Source of the DNA: Alphaproteobacteria bacterium
Lineage (GTDB): Bacteria; Pseudomonadota; Alphaproteobacteria; UBA2966
Assembly: GCA_964291395.2 (NCBI GenBank)
Contig: OZ219858.1
Location: 256,001 to 320,000, forward strand
DNA length: 64,000 bases
Direction: 5' to 3'
Position 1 is the stretch's first letter. Each line of letters opens with the position of its first letter. The position numbers and the translations under genes are program-made. The notes under the pieces are model-generated. The model was not told the DNA's origin, made no database searches, and saw only the letters and a list, made by a program, of their open reading frames with translations. This document shows positions 1-7,309 of this stretch, piece after piece.

Positions 1-604
1 CGCAAATCCGGGCAAGGTGATCCACGAGCGATGCGGCCTCGATACGTCGAAGGTCGAAACGCATGCATCGCGACAAGACGGTTACGGGTATGCGGCGGAC
101 CTCGGTCGTCGCAAACACGAACATCGCATGCGGCGGCGGTTCTTCCAGCGTCTTCAGCAACGCATTGAACGCGTTGGTCGACAGCATGTGAACCTCGTCG
201 ATGATGTAGACCTTGTATCGGCCCGAGACCGGTGCATAGCGCACGCCATCGATGAGGTCGCGAATGCCGTCAACACCCGTGTGGCTGGCGGCGTCCATTT
301 CGAGCACGTCGACGTGCCGGTCTTCCGAAATGGCCGCGCAGTGCTCGCACGTACCGCAGGGGTCCTCCGTCGGCCCATCGCCACGGCCCGTGCAATTCAT
401 CGCCTTGGCGATGATGCGTGCCGTCGAGGTCTTGCCGACTCCGCGAACGCCCGTCAGTACGAAGGCATGCGGCAGCCGCTCGGTCCGTATGGCGCTGGTG
501 AGCGTACGCACCATGACCTCCTGGCCGACGAGGTCAGTGAACGTCTGAGGCCGATACTTGCGCGCAAGAACACGGTAAGGGGACGACGCTGAGGTATCGG
601 TCAT
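1..604 (-). CDS. dnaX: DNA polymerase III subunit gamma/tau, N-terminal part (runs off the window edge)
   Basis: Absent from the ORF track because it has no stop in the window. Manual translation from ATG at 604 gives MTDTSASSPYRVLARKYRPQTF, Walker A GVRGVGKT, IIDEVHML and the SRC motif. Confidence 0.97.
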   Translation of the reverse strand, partial: MTDTSASSPYRVLARKYRPQTFTDLVGQEVMVRTLTSAIRTERLPHAFVLTGVRGVGKTSTARIIAKAMNCTGRGDGPTEDPCGTCEHCAAISEDRHVDVLEMDAASHTGVDGIRDLIDGVRYAPVSGRYKVYIIDEVHMLSTNAFNALLKTLEEPPPHAMFVFATTEVRRIPVTVLSRCMRFDLRRIEAASLVDHLARIC

Positions 605-678
605 GGTGTCCTGGCGGCCAGTGTTCCTCGCGCGGCAATGTTGCGGATCCGGGTCACCCGGTCGGCAGGGCTGAGGCA

Positions 679-775
679 GGAGATTGGACAGACGACCCGG
701 ACCAACATCGTTACGGCTGCTTCCTTCCGGACCTGACCGGGTTGGCGAAGTGGCCCGTCCACCAGCCAACCTCCC
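679..775 (-). ncRNA. ffs: Signal recognition particle 4.5S RNA
   Basis: Minus strand contains the helix-8 motif TCAGGTCCGGAAGGAAGCAGC, with complementary ends (GGGAGGTTGG...CCAATCTCC). It lies upstream of dnaX, a common arrangement. Confidence 0.95.
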
Positions 776-781
776 ACTCAC

Positions 782-810
782 ACTATCGGCGTTTCACGAC
801 CGGAAGACAA
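782..810 (-). promoter_or_regulatory. Putative sigma70-type promoter of ffs
   Basis: TTGTCT-N17-GATAGT on the minus strand, ending 6 nt before the predicted 5' end of ffs. Confidence 0.4.
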
Positions 811-917
811 GCACGCGGACCACCCCCTTCAAGGGCCTGTACGTCGGGTTGTCGCGGACAACCCTCTGTGCCAATTTGGCCCCTGTCTAACCCATCCAAT
901 GTCCTTGGCAACCCTGG

Positions 918-1871
918 ATGATGCACACCGGGCCGCACACGTTCGCGGGGAATCCCTTGGATCGCGCCGCGAACACCCGGCGCGAGCCCGAGGAGCTTGA
1001 TCGTCTGATCGGATTGCCGCAGAGCCGCTTCCTCCCTCTCTGGAATCTCCAGGCGCTGGTGACGACGGAACCCGAGCCTCGTCTCGCCTGGCAGCCGCTG
1101 GCGGGTCTGCCCGCATTTGCGGGAGATGACGCAAATCTCGTCTTTCTCGGTCTTGAAGAGGGTGCTCCACGCTTCGCCGCCGGCACGAAGGGCGAGGAAG
1201 ACCCGACAGCGGCGGGGGTGTTCGCGGGCCGGGGCCGCTTTGTGGAGACACGGCGGCTGGCATCCGACATTCCGGCCGGCGAGGCGGCCATTCTGGCTCA
1301 GTCGCGGGCTCTCATAGACTGGCACGACCGACACGGTTTCTGTGCGGCCTGCGGCTCCCCCACAAAGCCCGGCGAGGCCGGATATCTGCGGGTCTGCCGG
1401 AACGAGACCTGCAGGACACAACATTTCCCGCGCACGGATCCCGTCGTCATCATGCTCGCTGAGCGGGAGGACCGCTGTCTGCTCGGACGCAGCAAACGGT
1501 TTCCGACGCGCAAGCGGTATTCCGCGCTGGCCGGTTTCGTGGAACCCGGTGAATCGATCGAAGAGGCGGTACGGCGTGAGGTCTTGGAGGAGACCGGAAT
1601 CACCGTCGGTTCCGTGACCTATCATTCCTCCCAGCCCTGGCCCTTTCCGTCATCGCTGATGATCGGTTGCATCGGCGAGGCCGAAAGCGAGGAGATCGAC
1701 ATCGATCCCGAAGAGCTCCAGGACGCTCGGTGGCTGACGCGCGAGGAGGTTCGTGCCTGCTTTGAAGACCCCGATCACGTGGCGCCGGACGGTAGCCTGG
1801 AGATCCCGCCCCCGGATGCCATCGCCCACCATCTGATCAAGACCTGGGTCGAAGAGGGCACGTTCTCGTGA
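918..1871 (+). CDS. nudC: NAD(H) diphosphatase / NAD-cap decapping Nudix hydrolase, copy 1
   Basis: Zn ribbon CAACG...CRNETC, FPRTDP, Nudix box GFVEPGESIEEAVRREVLEETG and the NudC signature SQPWPFPSS. Confidence 0.93.
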   Translation: MMHTGPHTFAGNPLDRAANTRREPEELDRLIGLPQSRFLPLWNLQALVTTEPEPRLAWQPLAGLPAFAGDDANLVFLGLEEGAPRFAAGTKGEEDPTAAGVFAGRGRFVETRRLASDIPAGEAAILAQSRALIDWHDRHGFCAACGSPTKPGEAGYLRVCRNETCRTQHFPRTDPVVIMLAEREDRCLLGRSKRFPTRKRYSALAGFVEPGESIEEAVRREVLEETGITVGSVTYHSSQPWPFPSSLMIGCIGEAESEEIDIDPEELQDARWLTREEVRACFEDPDHVAPDGSLEIPPPDAIAHHLIKTWVEEGTFS

Positions 1872-2812
1872 TCCGGGCGGAACCTCACATATTCGCGGGG
1901 AGTCCGCTGAATCGCGCAGCACATCTCCGACGAGATCCGGCCGCCTTGCAAGAACTCTTGGCAAGGTCCGACAGCAAGATGCTGCCGCTTTGGCAGCTCA
2001 AGGCTCTGGTCACGACGGGCACGGCGACCAACCTCGCTTGGCAGACTGTCGACGGCTTGACGGATGATCCCCGCTCCAATGAGGTGATCTTTCTCGGTCT
2101 TGATGGGGAAGCCGCCAGATTCGCGACGGGATTCGACGGCGAAGCCGATCCAACGAAAACGGGTCCGCCCCTGAGGGGCGCGGGCACGTTCGAGGAAGTG
2201 CGGGGACTCGCGTCCCGGCTACCCGCGAACGAAACCTCTATCGCGGCGCAGGCGCGCACGCTGATCGGCTGGCATGAACGACACCGATATTGCGCGCAGT
2301 GCGGGACTCCCTCGGAGTTGTCGGATGGAGGATACCGGCGCGATTGTCCCAACGAGGCCTGCGGTGCGCGACATTTCCCGCGCACGGACCCTGTGGTGAT
2401 CATGATGGTGGTCAAGGACGATATGGCTCTCCTGGGCCGCCAGTCGTTCTGGGCGCCCGGCATGTTCTCAACGCTGGCGGGATTCATGGATCCTGGAGAG
2501 ACGATCGAAGAAGCAGTGCGGCGCGAGGTTTTCGAAGAGACGGGCGTGCGAGTGGGAGACGTGATGTACCACTCGTCCCAGCCCTGGCCCTTTCCGTCAT
2601 CGCTGATGATCGGTTGCATCGGCCGAGCCATCAGCGAAGATCTGGAGGTGGACACACGGGAAGTCGAGGACGCCGCGTGGTTTACGCGTGATCAGGTGCG
2701 GCAGGGCATCGAACTCATCAAATCGGGACAGCCGGAAGGCGATACCTTCCATCTGCCCTTCCCCGCGTCCATCGCCCACCAGCTGGCGGCGTGGTGGGTC
2801 GACAACGGGTGA
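1868..2812 (+). CDS. nudC: NAD(H) diphosphatase / NAD-cap decapping Nudix hydrolase, copy 2
   Basis: CAQCG...CPNEAC, FPRTDP, GFMDPGETIEEAVRREVFEETG and SQPWPFPSS. The GTG start overlaps the copy-1 stop (GTGA). Confidence 0.93.
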   Translation: MIRAEPHIFAGSPLNRAAHLRRDPAALQELLARSDSKMLPLWQLKALVTTGTATNLAWQTVDGLTDDPRSNEVIFLGLDGEAARFATGFDGEADPTKTGPPLRGAGTFEEVRGLASRLPANETSIAAQARTLIGWHERHRYCAQCGTPSELSDGGYRRDCPNEACGARHFPRTDPVVIMMVVKDDMALLGRQSFWAPGMFSTLAGFMDPGETIEEAVRREVFEETGVRVGDVMYHSSQPWPFPSSLMIGCIGRAISEDLEVDTREVEDAAWFTRDQVRQGIELIKSGQPEGDTFHLPFPASIAHQLAAWWVDNG

Positions 2813-2862
2813 CCATTTGCCTTCGGCGCCCCACGGTCGCGGACGACAAGGAATGCCGGAAC

Positions 2863-2902
2863 GCTGAGGTCGGACTTGGGGTTCGACCCCAATTCGCTCA
2901 GC
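2863..2902. repeat. Intergenic palindrome/hairpin with core TTGGGGT-TCG-ACCCCAA and outer GCTGAG...CTCAGC
   Basis: Nested inverted repeats are seen directly. A related hairpin occurs at 46649-46689. Confidence 0.55.
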
Positions 2903-2929
2903 TGGATTTCGGGTCGCGAGGACAGTCAC

Positions 2930-3754
2930 ATGATGAGCACATCTTCGTCACGGGAGGAGTGGGCGGCTCGTGCCGCCTTATGGGACAAGCACGCGCCTGA
3001 AGGCGAGTCGGTCACCGACGAGCTCAATCAGATTCTCATGGAAAGCGCCGGTATCGAGTCGGGGGACGACGTACTCGACCTGGCATCCGGAAGCGGTGAG
3101 CCTGCCATCAGTATCGCCCTGAAGGTCGGAACCAAAGGCTCCGTAACGGCGCTGGACGCGCACGGTGAAATGCTCGCAGTCACACGCCGGCGGGCAGCGA
3201 AGCTTGAATTGAGCAACATGGCGTTCGAGATCGCGCGGATGGAAGATCTGCCGTTCGCCGACGATACGTTCGATGCAGTGACGTGCCGATTTGGACTCCA
3301 GTCTTCGGAAGACGCGGTGCAAACCCTTCGTGAAGCCCGGCGAGTCCTGAAACCCACAGGTAAAGCGGGTTTCATGACCCACGGGGTCGAGGAACGAAAC
3401 ACCCTTTCGGCCGTGTTGGCGAAGGTGATCCACAGCACGCTCCCGGAGAAGTCGGACGAGACGCCACCGAGGCGCCTCCGGTTCCGCGACGCGGGTTCGC
3501 TGAGGGTGGTGTTCGATGCCGCCGGGTTCAGCGAGGTCGGGGAGAGGGAAGTCCGGCGAACCGTGATCCGGGAAGGCGGCTCGCAGTTCTGGCGGAGTCT
3601 ACTGGAAAGGCGATACGGGTCCCGGCTGAAAGCGCTCGACGCCGAGGGTCGGTCTCAGCTGGATGCAGCCATCGACGAGGCGTTCGCCGTCTACCTTGCG
3701 GGGGATCATTACGAGCTCCAGTCGGCCGATATGGTCGCCTGGGGTACGAAATAG
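2930..3754 (+). CDS. Class I SAM-dependent methyltransferase (UbiE/Methyltransf_11-like)
   Basis: Motif I VLDLASGSG, LPFADDTFDAVTCRFG and RVLKPTG. ATG at 2930 follows a GAGG RBS. Confidence 0.85.
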   Translation: MMSTSSSREEWAARAALWDKHAPEGESVTDELNQILMESAGIESGDDVLDLASGSGEPAISIALKVGTKGSVTALDAHGEMLAVTRRRAAKLELSNMAFEIARMEDLPFADDTFDAVTCRFGLQSSEDAVQTLREARRVLKPTGKAGFMTHGVEERNTLSAVLAKVIHSTLPEKSDETPPRRLRFRDAGSLRVVFDAAGFSEVGEREVRRTVIREGGSQFWRSLLERRYGSRLKALDAEGRSQLDAAIDEAFAVYLAGDHYELQSADMVAWGTK

Positions 3755-3774
3755 GGATGGAATTGCCCCGGCCC

Positions 3775-4131
3775 TTACGCGAGACCCAGTTCCTTCCGCT
3801 TTTTCTTGGTGAGACCCCGGGAAACGATCCGGTGAGACTGACGCAGATAATCCTTCAGGTCCGCGTCCGACAATCCCGGCTCGGAATGGTGCTGAATCCA
3901 CTTCATGCCGCGCGATGCGAGGTAGGGTGCCGGACGCAGGCCTGGCAGATCCTTGAGCATTTCGTAGGCGATCTCGCTCACTTTGAACGTGTACGCTTCC
4001 CGGTCGTCGGCCCAGCCGCCGATGGCGAATACCTTGCCGCCGACCTTCCAGACGTGCGAGCCGCCCCATTGCATCACATACGTCGTGGCGGAAAGCGATT
4101 CACAAAAGGCGTTGAATTCGTCGTAGGTCAC
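3775..4131 (-). CDS. MmcQ/YjbR family protein
   Basis: 118 aa with VWKVGGKVFA and RPAPYLA motifs typical of MmcQ/YjbR. Confidence 0.85.
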   Translation of the reverse strand: MTYDEFNAFCESLSATTYVMQWGGSHVWKVGGKVFAIGGWADDREAYTFKVSEIAYEMLKDLPGLRPAPYLASRGMKWIQHHSEPGLSDADLKDYLRQSHRIVSRGLTKKKRKELGLA

Positions 4132-4161
4132 TCGAAATCCTCTGGAGGCGGTACGTGGCGG

Positions 4162-4187
4162 TAGTTTATATCTATAAAACTAGATAT
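4162..4187. promoter_or_regulatory. AT-rich overlapping inverted repeats upstream of the MmcQ gene (candidate operator)
   Basis: ATATCTA-N6-TAGATAT (4168-4187) overlaps TAGTTT-N9-AAACTA (4162-4182). Confidence 0.4.
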
Positions 4188-4225
4188 GTAGTTATTCATT
4201 TCCCGCGGCTTTCCGCGCCGTTCGG

Positions 4226-4255
4226 CTAGTCTCGCCTAGTCTCGCCTAGTCACGC
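4226..4255. repeat. 10-bp tandem repeat, 3 copies (CTAGTCTCGC, CTAGTCTCGC, CTAGTCACGC)
   Basis: Read directly from the sequence. Confidence 0.85.
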
Positions 4256-4273
4256 TTGATTCCCCGGCGGGAC

Positions 4274-5014
4274 TTACCCAAGGTTCCGGCGGTAGAGGGC
4301 GATCATGCGTTCCCAGTGCCGCTCCGCGGCGGGACGGTCGTAGACCGAACGTTCGGGAAACGCGAACCCGTGGTGGACGCCCGGATAGATCTCGATCTCG
4401 CCTCTTGCGTCCGACTTGTCGAACAAACCTCTCAGTTCCTCGACCATGTCGGGCGGCGCCAAATCGTCGTGTTCGGCGCAGGCGATGTAGAGCTCGCCCT
4501 CGGTCTGGCCAAGCGTACGGTGTGGGCTTTCCTCGACATCGTTCACCAGCCAAGTTCCGTAATACGAGGCGGCCGCGGCCACGCGGCTCGGAAAGCGCGC
4601 CGCCGCCGCCAAAGCATATGGGCCGCTCATGCAGTAGCCGTGAGCGCCGATGGGACCTTTCTCGATGTCGCCACGGCCGTCGACGAAAGCCAACATGGCG
4701 CCGATGTCCTTCATCGCCTGCGGGATGGTCATGGTGACGCGGATCTTCCGCATGCGTTGGTGTTCTGCGCTGCCCTCCAGGTTGACGTCTGAACCGAATT
4801 TGGAGTGGCGCCCGGCCCGGTAGTACAGATTGGGCAGCAGCACACAATAGCCGACCGTCGCGAGGCGACGTGCCATCTCATACAGCTCTTCACGGATGCC
4901 CGGTGCGTCCATCAATTTGAATACAGCCGGATGCGGACCACCACGCTCGGGCCGGCAGACGAAGGTCTCCATCGCGCCGTCCGTGGTCTTGATGTCCAGG
5001 ATTTCCTCAATCAT
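4274..5014 (-). CDS. Dienelactone hydrolase family protein
   Basis: Nucleophile elbow GYCMSG, AEHDD acid and VHHGF His (Cys-Asp-His triad), plus LLPNLYYR. Confidence 0.9.
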   Translation of the reverse strand: MIEEILDIKTTDGAMETFVCRPERGGPHPAVFKLMDAPGIREELYEMARRLATVGYCVLLPNLYYRAGRHSKFGSDVNLEGSAEHQRMRKIRVTMTIPQAMKDIGAMLAFVDGRGDIEKGPIGAHGYCMSGPYALAAAARFPSRVAAAASYYGTWLVNDVEESPHRTLGQTEGELYIACAEHDDLAPPDMVEELRGLFDKSDARGEIEIYPGVHHGFAFPERSVYDRPAAERHWERMIALYRRNLG

Positions 5015-5646
5015 GCCGGCAGCTCACCCCGCCAGGAAAACGGCGCGAAGTGGCCGTTGTTGCCAGCGCCCCGAAGATCGAGATCGAGGCCGAAGCCCTC
5101 GACCCGCATCCCCTTCGCCTTGGCCAGTGCAAGCTTCCGCCCAGCCACGTGCGCGGTGTTATCGAGATAGAAGGGCTCCCCATTGCCGAGGCGCGACGGA
5201 ACGCCTTCGATGTCGATTGCAAAGATGCCCGGCGCCGAAGCAGTGCGTTTGAGGTTATCCAGGTCGACGTGGATCGGCCGATACTCGACGCCTCGGAAAT
5301 CACCCACCAGGTTTTCCCGGATGACCGATGTGGGTCCGCCTGCCTCGCCGCTCGCAATGGCAGCGAGGATGCCGCGCTGGATTTCGTCGGCGGTCTCGTC
5401 GACGACGCAGCCGAATATCCAGTTTCCGTCGGCCATGACGTTGCCCGTGCGGATCACGAGAGCGAAGGACAACCCATCGAGTCGCGTATCCCCGCATCGG
5501 CCCTCGTCCACCCTGAACACCATGAGCGCGTAACAATCGTCGTTGGTCGCGGGACCCTGCGGATTGGTATAGATGCAAGGACACAGGTAGTCGCAGTTAC
5601 AGCTTTCCATGTACTGGCCGCTGACGGCCCACGGTTCGCCCGTCAT
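5011..5646 (-). CDS. DUF1326 domain protein (Cys-rich, putative metal binding)
   Basis: N-terminal GQYMESCNCDYLCPC...C motif typical of DUF1326. Its stop overlaps the hydrolase start (ATGA). Confidence 0.8.
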   Translation of the reverse strand: MTGEPWAVSGQYMESCNCDYLCPCIYTNPQGPATNDDCYALMVFRVDEGRCGDTRLDGLSFALVIRTGNVMADGNWIFGCVVDETADEIQRGILAAIASGEAGGPTSVIRENLVGDFRGVEYRPIHVDLDNLKRTASAPGIFAIDIEGVPSRLGNGEPFYLDNTAHVAGRKLALAKAKGMRVEGFGLDLDLRGAGNNGHFAPFSWRGELPA

Positions 5647-5752
5647 GCCGAAGCCCTCCGAATGCGTTCAACACGATTGTCGATGAGCCGCGCCCGCGCG
5701 TAAAGCGGCTGCTCCACGGCACGTCGGTGAACGGCCTTCGAGGCCCCTCCGA

Positions 5753-7063
5753 TCATCTGCGATCGAGAAGATAGTCACGTGCCACCCGAACGCCGGAGAG
5801 GTATGCCCCGGGGAGCTGTCCCGCCCATTCGCTATGAACCGCCTCGCCGGCAAAGTACAGGCGCTCATCGACGGTGCGCCGGAGCTCGCGCCGCATGCGG
5901 CTGTACCCCGGCTTTGCGGCGGAATACGCGCCGAGCGTGTAGGGATCCCGGCCCCAGGCGGTCACGTGGCCTTTGACGAAGTATTTCTTGACAGCGCTAC
6001 CGAACAGGTTGGCGAGTCGCTCCTGGGCGAGATCGACGACCGCGGCCTTTTCCTGTTGTTCGGCATCCCGGGCCGTATCCCCGCCAAGGAGTCCAATGGC
6101 GAGCGGTGCGCCGAAGGGATTGATGAGAAAGCTCACCGCTTCTCCCTCCTCGAGGGGATAGTTGACGCTGGTGTTGTCGGCAGCATCGGGAAACGGTCTG
6201 TCAAACTGCACGGCGACCTTGTTGAGCAGTCCCATGGGGACCCGCTCGATAGCTTCCCGCTTCCAATCGGGAAGGTCTGGGACGAAACGGATGGCTCGCC
6301 TTCCCAAGACACCTGTGGAGACCGTGACGATCGTCACGCGGGCATGCAGCGTTCCACGGTCCGTGGTCACCGAGACTCGTTTGCCGTCCCAGATGATTCG
6401 GTTCACAGGTGTCCCCAATTGTACCGGAACCTGCTCGCCGTACTCCGCGACGATGGTACCCAGCCCCTCCGCGACCAGGGCGTTGGCGCCGCTGCCGAAC
6501 CGGGCAGCGTAATCCGTGGTCGATAGCTCATCGAGCGGGACGCCGGCATTGATGTCCCCGATCAGCGCTTTGGCCAGCTTTGCCCACTGTCCGTCTTCGT
6601 CGATGACGGTCGAAACCGGAACGTCCCTTCCCGCCTTGGCCGCCTGATTGATGGCCCGGTCAATGCGGTCGAGAACGGCCCCGAGGTCATCATAATCGGC
6701 AACGCTGGCATCGCGGCCGTCAACAATCAGCCAATAATCCCCCTCCTCGGATGGTTGGTAACCGAGATTCGTTGCCAGGCGCGCGATCGGGTTCTCCTCT
6801 GACGCGTAGATGAAGGCGCAGCCATGGTCATAGGGAAACCCGAACGTCTTGCTCTCGGTATAGGCCCGTCCGCCGATACGATTCCGAGCCTCCAGCACGG
6901 CGACGGACACTCCGTTCTGCATGAGAGTTCGCGCAGCGGCCAAGCCAGCCATTCCGGCGCCGATAATGATCACTTCTGGATTGGAGGGAATTCGCGCCAG
7001 CACGGGCGTCGCTATCAGCGACGCCACGCCGTGCAGTAGTACTCTGCGCGAAACCCGCCGCAT
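5753..7063 (-). CDS. Flavin monoamine oxidase family FAD-dependent oxidoreductase with putative Tat signal
   Basis: SRRVLL signal, IIGAGMAGLAAA dinucleotide fold, EARNRIGGR, and C-terminal WGRDPYTLGAYS, YFAGE and GAYLSG. Confidence 0.88.
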   Translation of the reverse strand: MRRVSRRVLLHGVASLIATPVLARIPSNPEVIIIGAGMAGLAAARTLMQNGVSVAVLEARNRIGGRAYTESKTFGFPYDHGCAFIYASEENPIARLATNLGYQPSEEGDYWLIVDGRDASVADYDDLGAVLDRIDRAINQAAKAGRDVPVSTVIDEDGQWAKLAKALIGDINAGVPLDELSTTDYAARFGSGANALVAEGLGTIVAEYGEQVPVQLGTPVNRIIWDGKRVSVTTDRGTLHARVTIVTVSTGVLGRRAIRFVPDLPDWKREAIERVPMGLLNKVAVQFDRPFPDAADNTSVNYPLEEGEAVSFLINPFGAPLAIGLLGGDTARDAEQQEKAAVVDLAQERLANLFGSAVKKYFVKGHVTAWGRDPYTLGAYSAAKPGYSRMRRELRRTVDERLYFAGEAVHSEWAGQLPGAYLSGVRVARDYLLDRR

Positions 7064-7103
7064 AGCCCATTGGCTCCGGGCAATCCGAACGACCTATGGC
7101 TGA

Positions 7104-7286
7104 ACATGCCAACGCGCACCCATTGTCGCTGACCAGGGCAGACCTGTCGACGACCGGCTTGATCCGCGGGACTCGGCGGAGAGCGAGTTCGACGTCGACC
7201 GCGTGGTCGATCAGATCCTGGAAATCTACCGCACGCTTCGATCGGAACCGGAAGCTATCTCAACGTCGTGCACCACCGTTCAATGA
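7104..7286 (+). pseudogene. Start-less fragment resembling the C-terminal helix of a GT4 glycosyltransferase
   Basis: Open frame with no ATG reads ...RDSAESEFDVDRVVDQILEIYRTL..., similar by eye to GT4 C-termini. Confidence 0.4.
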
Positions 7287-7309
7287 CGGCAACGGCGGAC
7301 TAATCCAGT

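Noticed and set aside
17-592. 191-aa plus-strand ORF
   Set aside because: Antisense shadow of dnaX, which is the real gene on the minus strand.
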